This document shows, piece after piece, positions 10,301 to 17,041 of a stretch of 51,496 bases of DNA. The stretch spans positions 2,713 through 54,208 of the forward strand of contig JBMLOK010000269.1 of the NCBI GenBank assembly GCA_049243005.1, in the 5' to 3' direction. The notes beneath the pieces were generated by a model. That model ran no database searches. It was not told the origin of the DNA and saw only the letters and a program-made list of their open reading frames with translations. The DNA comes from Bacteroidia bacterium. Lineage in GTDB: Bacteria > Bacteroidota > Bacteroidia > UKL13-3. How positions within the stretch are numbered: position 1 is the stretch's first letter; every line of letters starts with the position of its first letter. Position numbers and translations under genes: made by a program.

Positions 10301-10811
10301 CAAGAATAATAAACTGCATTTTACCTGAATTTTGAGAAGCATTCAACATCAAATCAGAGTTTAAACTACCGGCTCCAATGGTATATTTTGTTTCTGATTT
10401 TGTTGAATCGATTATTACATTTTTTTGTTTAAAACGATAATAATTATATGGTGCATTTAGAGCATATTTAAAGCTGTTTCCTGTAAAATTTGAGATTACA
10501 AAATTTGGTTGTGTGCTGAGAACCTCCTCTACTTTTGATGAATCAACAATGTAAGTATTACAACTATAATCCCACTCTCCACAACCCTGATCTCTGTTAG
10601 TACTATTTGAAACAAGTCCATTTTTGCAACGCATATTGTATTTAAGTATAATCTTCTCATAGGAGAGATTATTATCAGGAAAAATGGCAAAAGTATCTCT
10701 ATTGTTGCTGCCATAATGAAAGGTTTTCACCTTTATGGTATCACCAATATTCTGGGCATTAGAAGAATAGCCAATGGCAAAAAGTAAAAGAATTAGTAAT
10801 ATTTTTTTCAA
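7347..10811 (-). CDS. Secreted PNGase F-like (peptide-N-glycosidase F-related) protein with an inserted LamG domain and a T9SS type-A C-terminal sorting domain
   Basis: 1154 aa with signal peptide MKKILLILLLFAIGYSSNAQ. Segments match PNGase F recalled from memory:
- IKVKTFHYG / TFAIFPDN..KIILKYNMRC / GCGEWDYSCNTYIV (aa 25-90).
- FVTPYGIG..WYFDVTDFAPLL, FWFVVGTPP, LRSTITGHG..GEF and YDREGWCPG (aa 620-800).

A LamG-like block (IQFWAYGD...WNHWTF...MKIYLNGNLWHSG...GKINDLSFWN) spans aa ~300-450. The C-terminus, NLYPNPTSDKFVLEG...GIYFVVI, is a typical type-A CTD. Confidence 0.7.
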   Translation of the reverse strand: MKKILLILLLFAIGYSSNAQNIGDTIKVKTFHYGSNNRDTFAIFPDNNLSYEKIILKYNMRCKNGLVSNSTNRDQGCGEWDYSCNTYIVDSSKVEEVLSTQPNFVISNFTGNSFKYALNAPYNYYRFKQKNVIIDSTKSETKYTIGAGSLNSDLMLNASQNSGKMQFIILASELLNAGMSAGNIKGISLFVEGSGSNLAFLKIKMKHDSLNVLNFKKPHSNGFVEVYNKSTQFVTGENQLQFFNSFNWDGSSNVVVELSFTNSVPQNLLQFKVDFAFLGSSISTHNNYAIDLKNQGFARLDTTGFSTINKEFTIQFWAYGDASLMPASNSILYAYPINQGERQLNIHLPHGSNNIYFDCGYAAGGYDRINKIATSAEQGGRWNHWTFTKNATTGSMKIYLNGNLWHSGTGKTKLMNILNLLLGKDQTGGGNYKGKINDLSFWNKEIPDSLIKDWMFSNPNQFHPMSQNLVSYYPMNEALGNQMRNLISNVLVNGENFSWAYDRGEELNRSFNLSEIRPKVSLIKGDYVTQISDVFVLDSLPFQKSVIQKYSINSKANQFPIASDEIKLDTVDTQYYPAFYSKIFDGETMELLDSIDVLEDGVFQVSNLNYYRRFPFYNEIMSFVTPYGIGLNFGQNGRTWYFDVTDFAPLLKGKKRILMTLGGQNQEQMDLEFWFVVGTPPRPVLEFNQIWQGTNRTGAAGIGSINNNSRYFAVDVPTLSTGKSFKLRSTITGHGAEGEFEANGGVVNHMLNINGGDTDYVWRIYSECSKNPVFPQGGTWVYDREGWCPGERSLLKEFNITPKLNPGSKFSLDYASSLPPKAGGDYRYHIAHQLVTYGDPSFNLDARVYDIQQPSDKVLYTRLNPACSKPQITIQNTGRSPITQVEILYWVNSGEKQTFTWTGNLNFLDTQSFHLPIGAMWLGNVKQSGNKFYAEIKTVNGQADEYVYNNKMESPFNRPEVLPGKFTLEFYTNNNPTENSYEILDESGNVIDSKTFTKATTLHSNTYELSGCYRLKVKDKGADGVQWWANSSQGTGFIRFKNTNGTVIKTIQPDFGSEIEYGFTTDWFLSKEEISFGKTINLYPNPTSDKFVLEGADLIGAQLMFTDILGHQIEIPFQTKDSKVFCETLALSPGIYFVVISKNGNQVTKTFAVH

Positions 10812-10832
10812 AGCTGAATAAGTTTAATCTAC

Positions 10833-10840
10833 CAAATATA
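10833..10840 (-). promoter_or_regulatory. Bacteroidota-type -7 promoter box (TAnnTTTG on the minus strand)
   Basis: Plus-strand caaatata equals minus-strand tatatttg. It lies 21 nt upstream of the minus-strand ATG at 10811. Confidence 0.45.
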
Positions 10841-10977
10841 TAAGAAATTGCGGTATTTATTTGTCAAAATCTAAAACAACAAATGAAGATTTTAATAAAA
10901 AAGGTGGATATCAAGATATAGTTAAATGGGAAAATATTAAGAATTAAAATTTTGAATAAAAATTAGATTTGAAGAAT

Positions 10978-13551
10978 ATGAAATTAAAACTAATCCTATT
11001 TCAATTAGCGTTTCTTTTAGGTTTTGCACTTCAAGCTCAAAAAATCAATTGGGTTGAAACATTTGGAGGAAAAGGATTTGAACAAGGAAGAAATATTATT
11101 TTAGACCAAGCAGGAAACTCAATTATATTAGGTGCATTTACTGATACCTGTTACTTTAGCCCAAACAATTTTCTGGTAACAAATGGTGGATATGATATTT
11201 TTATCAGCAAACAAAATCAAAATGGCGGTTTAATTTGGACGTATAGTTTTGGTGATAATGGTTTTAATAAAGCTGAATCTATTACCAGTGATGATTATGG
11301 AAATATTTACGTTGTTGGAAACTTTACAGGTACAATTGATTTTAATCCCGGTATTGGTTATGATACTCTGAGTTCATGGATTCAAAGTACAGGATTTGTT
11401 TTAAAGATTAGTTCAACGGGAAATTTTGTTTGGGTTAATAAAATTGGTGGATTCTTATCTGACACATTTAATGTAGTTGGGGCCATAGCTGAAAGTAATT
11501 TGGTTAAATACGACCAAAATGGAAGTATTATTATTGGAGGCCGATTTGAGGGAAATATTGATTTTGATTTTAGTTTAACCAAGGATAGCATTTTTCTGGG
11601 AATGGGCAATTATATTTTGAAGCTTGATACTTCAGGTAGTTTTAAGTGGGTAAGAATCATGAAGAATATTGATACTGATAAGACTTTCACCGCACTTCAA
11701 GCTAATAAAAATGGAGAAATTATAGCGGCAGGATTGTTTACAGGAGAAATTGATTTTGATTTGGGACCTGATACTTTTTTGATGTCAGCACCAAATAGTT
11801 TATTCGCAAATTTTGTTCTAAAACTTGATTCAACTGGCGAATTTAAATGGGTTAAGAGTATCAGTCAAAATGGTTATTTAACTATAAACGATATTCACAC
11901 AGAAATTACAGGTAAAATAATTCTATGCGGAAATTTCGCTGATTCTGTTGGATTTAATCCGGCTAATCAAATTAAAAACCATTATTCAAGCAATCAGGCC
12001 AATAGCTTTTTATGTATCTGGACAGAAAATGGAAATTATATTCAATCATATTCTTTGAATTCGAATAGAAACAATTTTGCACAAACCATTCATTCAGATA
12101 ATGATGAAAATATTTATTTAAGTGGTTTTGCTTTAGGAAAGTTTTGGGTGAATACAATCTATCAAACTGATACATTTTTACCTAAACAAAACAGTGATAT
12201 TTATTTATTAAAGTTTGAATCAAATGGCCAAATTCAATGGGGTAATTTACTTCCGGGAAATGGAAACATGAACCAAAGTAATTTCATTCATAATACAGCA
12301 TTTAACAAAAGTTTAAATCAACTTTATTATACCGGATTTTTTATTGACTCGAATAATTTTGTATTACAAAAATCTGGTATTCAACAATCAAAAGGTTTTT
12401 CAGATATATTTCTCACAAATTTACAATTGTGTAACTCTAGCTTAAGTTATGTAAAGCATGACGATGTTTATAAAATAAAAGACACTGCTTATTTTACTTG
12501 TTTTGATAAACTTTCAGGTAGTAATTATCAGTGGCAGGAAAAAATTAATGGTGTGTTTAGCAACATTCAAAATGATAGTTCAATATCAGGAACCAATACA
12601 ACAACTTTAACAATAAAAGACCTAAAACTATTGGATAATGGAAGAATATTTAGGTGTAATGTTTTGGCTGATTCATGTTTAAGTAGAAGTAAAAACTATA
12701 CTTTAAATGTTGTTACTTGTCTCAAGTTAATTGATTCAATGATTTATAAACTCAGCACAAATATTGATGAACCTTTAAAATTGGTAGTAAAAACAAAAGA
12801 ACCAGAAAAAAACCAATATGAATGGCAAGTTTTAAAACTGGGAAAATTTGTAAGAATTCCTGATTCAATTGGAGTTGCTGGAATTGACAATGATACTTTG
12901 CTTATCAATCAAAGTAAACTAACTAATAACCAAAACTATTATAGATGTATCGTAAATCAGGAGGAGTGTTCTGAGAAAAGTGATTCAATCTTACATATTA
13001 CAAATTGCTCCGGCTTAATAGGTCAAACAGACTCAATAAAATATTATAAAACTGGTGATACCATTCTATTGACTGTTCAATCAAAAATAGCAGAACAATA
13101 TAGTTGGGAGATGAGAATACTTGGATCATTTATAGCCATATCTGAATTAAGCACGAGATTTAAAGGTATGAAAAATGATACACTGTTAATTTTAAATGCA
13201 GATGCTAATTTTGACAATACCGAATTTAGGTGCTTATTAATCAATGGGCCATGTCAGGCTTACATTGGAGTAACTACAACTAAGTTAAAAATTGAAAATT
13301 CATTAAAGGAAAATAATTCCGAAAAGGTATATGAATTGTATCCAAATCCAACTACAGGAATAATAAGAATAGAAGGTCAGATTCCTTATAGCGAAAGGTA
13401 TTATCAGATTTTTGACATAACTGGAAAATTGGTAACAAGTGGAATTTCTAACTCAGATAGCAGTATCAATTTGAGCCATATTTCAAAAGGTATGTATTTC
13501 CTAGAATTGAATGATTTAAAAATAAAACCAATAAAATTTATCAAAGAATAA
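10978..13551 (+). CDS. Secreted SBBP (beta-propeller) repeat protein with three Ig-like repeats and a T9SS type-A CTD
   Basis: Signal peptide MKLKLILFQLAFLLGFALQAQ, taken from the ATG at 10978. Repeated GG.G.E.G..I..D..GN.I..G.F.G..DFDPG units are typical SBBP repeats. Three ~75-aa repeats carry Y.W(Q/E)...NDTLLI...YRC. The C-terminus YELYPNPTTGIIRIEG...GMYFLEL is a type-A CTD. Confidence 0.7.
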   Translation: MKLKLILFQLAFLLGFALQAQKINWVETFGGKGFEQGRNIILDQAGNSIILGAFTDTCYFSPNNFLVTNGGYDIFISKQNQNGGLIWTYSFGDNGFNKAESITSDDYGNIYVVGNFTGTIDFNPGIGYDTLSSWIQSTGFVLKISSTGNFVWVNKIGGFLSDTFNVVGAIAESNLVKYDQNGSIIIGGRFEGNIDFDFSLTKDSIFLGMGNYILKLDTSGSFKWVRIMKNIDTDKTFTALQANKNGEIIAAGLFTGEIDFDLGPDTFLMSAPNSLFANFVLKLDSTGEFKWVKSISQNGYLTINDIHTEITGKIILCGNFADSVGFNPANQIKNHYSSNQANSFLCIWTENGNYIQSYSLNSNRNNFAQTIHSDNDENIYLSGFALGKFWVNTIYQTDTFLPKQNSDIYLLKFESNGQIQWGNLLPGNGNMNQSNFIHNTAFNKSLNQLYYTGFFIDSNNFVLQKSGIQQSKGFSDIFLTNLQLCNSSLSYVKHDDVYKIKDTAYFTCFDKLSGSNYQWQEKINGVFSNIQNDSSISGTNTTTLTIKDLKLLDNGRIFRCNVLADSCLSRSKNYTLNVVTCLKLIDSMIYKLSTNIDEPLKLVVKTKEPEKNQYEWQVLKLGKFVRIPDSIGVAGIDNDTLLINQSKLTNNQNYYRCIVNQEECSEKSDSILHITNCSGLIGQTDSIKYYKTGDTILLTVQSKIAEQYSWEMRILGSFIAISELSTRFKGMKNDTLLILNADANFDNTEFRCLLINGPCQAYIGVTTTKLKIENSLKENNSEKVYELYPNPTTGIIRIEGQIPYSERYYQIFDITGKLVTSGISNSDSSINLSHISKGMYFLELNDLKIKPIKFIKE
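12491..13293 (+). repeat. Three tandem protein-level Ig-like repeats inside the SBBP protein
   Basis: Each repeat contains (N/E)(Y/Q)(Q/E/S)W(Q/E)...G.F..I...(T/N)(T/D)TL(T/L)I...(F/Y)RC. They were aligned by eye and the DNA copies are diverged. Confidence 0.5.
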
Positions 13552-13570
13552 ATTGATACTAATGTCTCAA

Positions 13571-13603
13571 AATGAAAAATGCCACTTTGTGGCATTTTTC
13601 ATT
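13571..13603. terminator. Bidirectional intrinsic terminator
   Basis: 15-bp perfect stem aatgaaaaatgccac (13571-13585) / gtggcatttttcatt (13589-13603) with a 3-nt loop. It lies between convergent genes ending at 13551 and 13604. Confidence 0.75.
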
Positions 13604-13906
13604 TTAGGGTTGTACTACATCATAATAGAAATCTTCTAGTGGAAATTTAAAACCGGGTATAAAATCTATTCCAAGTGACCTTTTAACCTCCATCATTAGA
13701 AAAATTACTACAAATAACAAAACCAAAGTATACATTAAGGTTGTCAATCTTTTTAAGAATTCATGGTGTTCTTCATGCGCATAAAAGTCTTCTTCTCCTT
13801 GATGAGCATGAGGTTTATGAGCATGAATCAAAGGTAAAGGATGAAATTGACCATCATCTTCTGCGGCCCTTTCTTCCATGAACTTAAATGTTATTTTATA
13901 TTTCAT
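13604..13906 (-). CDS. Small single-pass membrane protein with a His/acid-rich N-terminus (paralog B of a tandem pair)
   Basis: 100 aa. The N-terminal region is HPLPLIHAHKPHAHQGEEDFYAHEEHHEF, followed by one TM helix and a conserved tail EVKR...DF...F(K/N)FP(L/F)ED.YY shared with the upstream gene. It starts 5 nt after paralog A. Confidence 0.6.
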   Translation of the reverse strand: MKYKITFKFMEERAAEDDGQFHPLPLIHAHKPHAHQGEEDFYAHEEHHEFLKRLTTLMYTLVLLFVVIFLMMEVKRSLGIDFIPGFKFPLEDFYYDVVQP

Positions 13907-13911
13907 ATTCC

Positions 13912-14181
13912 TTACTCTAAGCCCTTTGTAATTCCATAATATGAATCTTCGAATGGGAAATTGTAATCCTGAAAGAAATCGGTTCTATAAACCCTCTTAA
14001 CTTCCATTAACATAATAAAAACAATTGCCATGATACTTATGATATAAAACACAGTCACCAATTTTTTCATCAAGAAACTATGTTCTTCATGAATTAAATC
14101 TTCCTCACGAGAACGACGGTTTAAAGCCATCTCTTCCTCATAATTCTCAGCAACTTTTTCTATTTTAAATAAAAGTTTCAT
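13912..14181 (-). CDS. Small single-pass membrane protein with an acidic N-terminus (paralog A of a tandem pair)
   Basis: 89 aa. The layout EEDLIHEEHSFL - TM helix - MEVKRVYRTDFFQDYNFPFEDSYYG is clearly alignable with the downstream 100-aa protein. Confidence 0.6.
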   Translation of the reverse strand: MKLLFKIEKVAENYEEEMALNRRSREEDLIHEEHSFLMKKLVTVFYIISIMAIVFIMLMEVKRVYRTDFFQDYNFPFEDSYYGITKGLE

Positions 14182-14199
14182 TAGTTGTTAAATGCGATT

Positions 14200-14207
14200 C
14201 AAATATA
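14200..14207 (-). promoter_or_regulatory. Bacteroidota-type -7 promoter box (minus strand)
   Basis: Plus-strand caaatata equals minus-strand tatatttg. It lies 18 nt upstream of the ATG at 14181. Confidence 0.45.
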
Positions 14208-14421
14208 TAAATAATATTTCCAATGAAAACTATTTTAAATCAATAAAACATCAGTTTAAAACAAAAATCATGCTGATTAAATAGAAGCTACTTAAAATAT
14301 TAACTCAAATCAATTAAATAATTAATCTGTGTCAATATAAAATTAGTTACAAGTCAGGCAATTACACTAAAAAATGAATTGGTCTGATTTCACCAAATAC
14401 TCAACATTTAAAACAAATAAA

Positions 14422-16050
14422 TCAATTGTTTATTTTTTTGATATCAATCAAATATGAGTTTGGTTTTACAACAAATAACTTTTCATCCTCATACGGTAAA
14501 TCAATGATTTGCCATTGAGAAGTTGCAGTAATCATATCATTTCTACTTTTAGAAATTGAAACTAGTAAAGGCATTTCTAATCCGGAAATAGGTGATTTTA
14601 GTCTGTAGTGCAATTCATGTAACCCGTTTTTATGAAGAATGAAATATTCAAAAACCGGTATTTCTGCGTTTTCCAGATAGCATTTAAAAAAAGGTTTGAG
14701 TTTCATATTCAAACGTTTTGAAAAGTAAGAAACCACATCTTCTGTTAGAATAGTTTGGTATTTAAACTTTTGATGAAACTCATATAAAGTATTTTGCCAC
14801 AACGTATCATTATCCACCATATTCCTCAGGGTATGTAAAATCCATGTTCCTTTATAATAAATATCGTTATCAGCATGATGGTAGAATACATCTCTTTCAC
14901 CAAGCATCGGTTGTTTATTATTTATCTTAGGCTTTTGCATTCTTAAATAATCTTTAGCTCTTTCAGGACCAGCCATACATTCAACATACAAGGCTTCTGA
15001 ATAAGTAGTAAAGCTTTCGTGAATCCACATATCAGCCTTGTCTTTTGCAGTTATAGAATTGGCAAACCACTCATGGCCACTTTCATGAACAATGATAAAA
15101 TCAAATCCAAAATCATTGTTTTTATAATTATTACCATAGGCAACACAACTTTGGTGTTCCATTCCCCAATAAGGTGTTTCAACAAGTTTATATCCATCAT
15201 TTTGAAATGGATAAGGACCAAAAAACTTTTCAAAACAACGAAGCATATATTTACTTTGTTCGAAATGCTTTTTAGCCTTTAGTTCATTGTATCTTAAAAC
15301 ATAATAATCTAAACTTAATGATTCAATATTGGGTCTGGTATGAACATCTGATAAGTGAACATAATCACCCACATTAATACTTATATTATAGTGATTGATA
15401 GGATAAGAAACAATCCACCTGAATTTTTCATAACCATCATCTAATTTTTGGGAGCCGGCTAATCTGCCATTACTAACAGCAGTTAAACCTTGTGGCACTT
15501 CAATTTCCATTTGAAGATTCTCAGGTTCATCATCCCAAGTATCTTTGCAAGGAAGCCACATGGAGGCACCTTCACCTTCGCAAGCCATACCTACCCAATC
15601 TTTACCCAGGCTATCTTTTGACCAGACAAAACCTCCGTCCCATGGTGCATTTCTGGCAACTTTTGGAAAACCTTCAAATGAAACTCTAATTGAATAATCT
15701 GTATTTTTTACTAATTCTTTTTGAAAGCTTATCATGATAGCTCTGCCAAATCTTTTATAGGTAAGCGGATTCTTCTCTGAATTAATTCCAACAATTTTCA
15801 TCGTGGTATCCAAATCCAATTGAATTACCTTACTTGATTTTAAAGCTTTAAAATGAATTTCATTTATTCCTGAAATAAACTTTAGATTAGGGTTTATCCT
15901 TAATTGAATTTTATAGGTTTTGACATCAAAATTCGAACGAAATTTAGACAAACTTCCATCTAAACTATTGCTTGTCTGTGCATTTGATGTTTGTTGCAAA
16001 GAAATCAATATAAGAAATAAAGAAAGTATTCTTAAAAATAAATTCACCAT
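14422..16050 (-). CDS. M1 family zinc metallopeptidase (aminopeptidase N-like), secreted
   Basis: 542 aa with a signal peptide. It carries HESGHEWF (HExxH) followed by WIHESFTTY (the third zinc-ligand Glu), plus the GAMEN-like exopeptidase motif YWGMEHQ. Confidence 0.85.
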   Translation of the reverse strand: MVNLFLRILSLFLILISLQQTSNAQTSNSLDGSLSKFRSNFDVKTYKIQLRINPNLKFISGINEIHFKALKSSKVIQLDLDTTMKIVGINSEKNPLTYKRFGRAIMISFQKELVKNTDYSIRVSFEGFPKVARNAPWDGGFVWSKDSLGKDWVGMACEGEGASMWLPCKDTWDDEPENLQMEIEVPQGLTAVSNGRLAGSQKLDDGYEKFRWIVSYPINHYNISINVGDYVHLSDVHTRPNIESLSLDYYVLRYNELKAKKHFEQSKYMLRCFEKFFGPYPFQNDGYKLVETPYWGMEHQSCVAYGNNYKNNDFGFDFIIVHESGHEWFANSITAKDKADMWIHESFTTYSEALYVECMAGPERAKDYLRMQKPKINNKQPMLGERDVFYHHADNDIYYKGTWILHTLRNMVDNDTLWQNTLYEFHQKFKYQTILTEDVVSYFSKRLNMKLKPFFKCYLENAEIPVFEYFILHKNGLHELHYRLKSPISGLEMPLLVSISKSRNDMITATSQWQIIDLPYEDEKLFVVKPNSYLIDIKKINN

Positions 16051-16069
16051 TTATGTAGAAAAATTTACT

Positions 16070-16077
16070 CAAATCTA
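16070..16077 (-). promoter_or_regulatory. Bacteroidota-type -7 promoter box (minus strand)
   Basis: Plus-strand caaatcta equals minus-strand tagatttg. It lies 19 nt upstream of the ATG at 16050. Confidence 0.45.
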
Positions 16078-16129
16078 TGTTCTATTTTTATAATCTTGCC
16101 ATTTCTAAAAAAAACTAACCAGAAATTGT

Positions 16130-16951
16130 ATGAACAATCTGTTAAAAGGTAAAAAAGGAATCATTTTCGGAGCGCTAAACGACAAAAGTATAGCTTGGCA
16201 AACAGCAATAAAGTGTTATGAACAAGGCGCAGAATTTGTTCTAACAAATGCACCAATTGCTATGAGATTAGGTGAAATAAATAATCTTGCAGCCGCTTGT
16301 GGAAACGCACAAATTATTCCATGTGATGTGAGTAAAAACGAAGACATGGAAAATTTAATCGCTAAATCAATGGAGATTTTGGGTGGTAAAGTAGATTTTA
16401 TTTTACACTCAGTAGGCATGAGTGTAAACATCAGAAAGGGAAAAGACTATACTGATTTAGATTATAAATTCATGCACGATACTCTCGATATTTCAGCCAT
16501 GAGTTTCCACAGATTAATGCAAACAGTTTATAAAATGGATGCAATTAATGAATGGGGTTCAATTGTTGCTCTTACTTATATTGGTGCACAAAAGGTATTT
16601 CCTGATTATAGCGAAATGGGCGATGCAAAATCATTGTTGGAAAGTTTTGCCAGAGGATTTGGTTACCGTTTAGGAAAAGAAAAATCAGTTCGTGTGAATA
16701 CCATTTCACAAAGTCCTACAAAAACCACAGCAGGTAGTGGTGTAAAGGGTTTTGGAGATTTTTACGATTATGCTGAAGCTTTATCTCCATTAGGTAATGC
16801 ATCTGCTGAAGATTGCGCCAATTATACTGTTTTAATGTTTAGTGATTTGAGTAGAAAGGTTACTATGCAAAACCTATTTCACGATGGTGGTTTTAGCAAT
16901 ACCGGTTTTAGTTATGATGTTTTCAAAATGATGGAAAAGAAATCAGAATAA
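16130..16951 (+). CDS. fabI: Enoyl-[acyl-carrier-protein] reductase (NADH), FabI
   Basis: 273 aa. LKGKKGIIFGALNDKSIAW is the FabI-type dinucleotide-binding motif, followed by HSVGMS and an SDR-like Y..M....K region (YSEMGDAK). Confidence 0.9.
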   Translation: MNNLLKGKKGIIFGALNDKSIAWQTAIKCYEQGAEFVLTNAPIAMRLGEINNLAAACGNAQIIPCDVSKNEDMENLIAKSMEILGGKVDFILHSVGMSVNIRKGKDYTDLDYKFMHDTLDISAMSFHRLMQTVYKMDAINEWGSIVALTYIGAQKVFPDYSEMGDAKSLLESFARGFGYRLGKEKSVRVNTISQSPTKTTAGSGVKGFGDFYDYAEALSPLGNASAEDCANYTVLMFSDLSRKVTMQNLFHDGGFSNTGFSYDVFKMMEKKSE

Positions 16952-16976
16952 AAAAGAAATAGACCCATTGAAAACC

Positions 16977-17014
16977 AAAACAGGCTGCTTCATTGAGATG
17001 AAGCAGCCTGTTTT
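16977..17014. terminator. Bidirectional intrinsic terminator
   Basis: 17-bp perfect stem aaaacaggctgcttcat (16977-16993) / atgaagcagcctgtttt (16998-17014) with a 4-nt loop. It lies between convergent fabI and the S46 peptidase gene. Confidence 0.8.
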
Positions 17015-17041
17015 ATTGTAAGATTAGTTAAAAAAATCCAG

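Noticed and set aside
10964-10971. An exact TAgaTTTG box 6 nt upstream of the SBBP-protein ATG, considered as its promoter.
   Set aside because: It would place the transcription start at or inside the start codon (leaderless). It also coincides with the TTG used as the track start. It is mentioned in a finding but is not confident enough to list as a feature.
14237-14426. The octamer aaatcaat occurs three times in the 240-bp spacer upstream of the tandem mini-protein genes.
   Set aside because: The motif is low-information and AT-rich, the spacing is irregular (70 and 112 nt), and one copy overlaps the stop codon of the M1 peptidase gene. It is probably chance.
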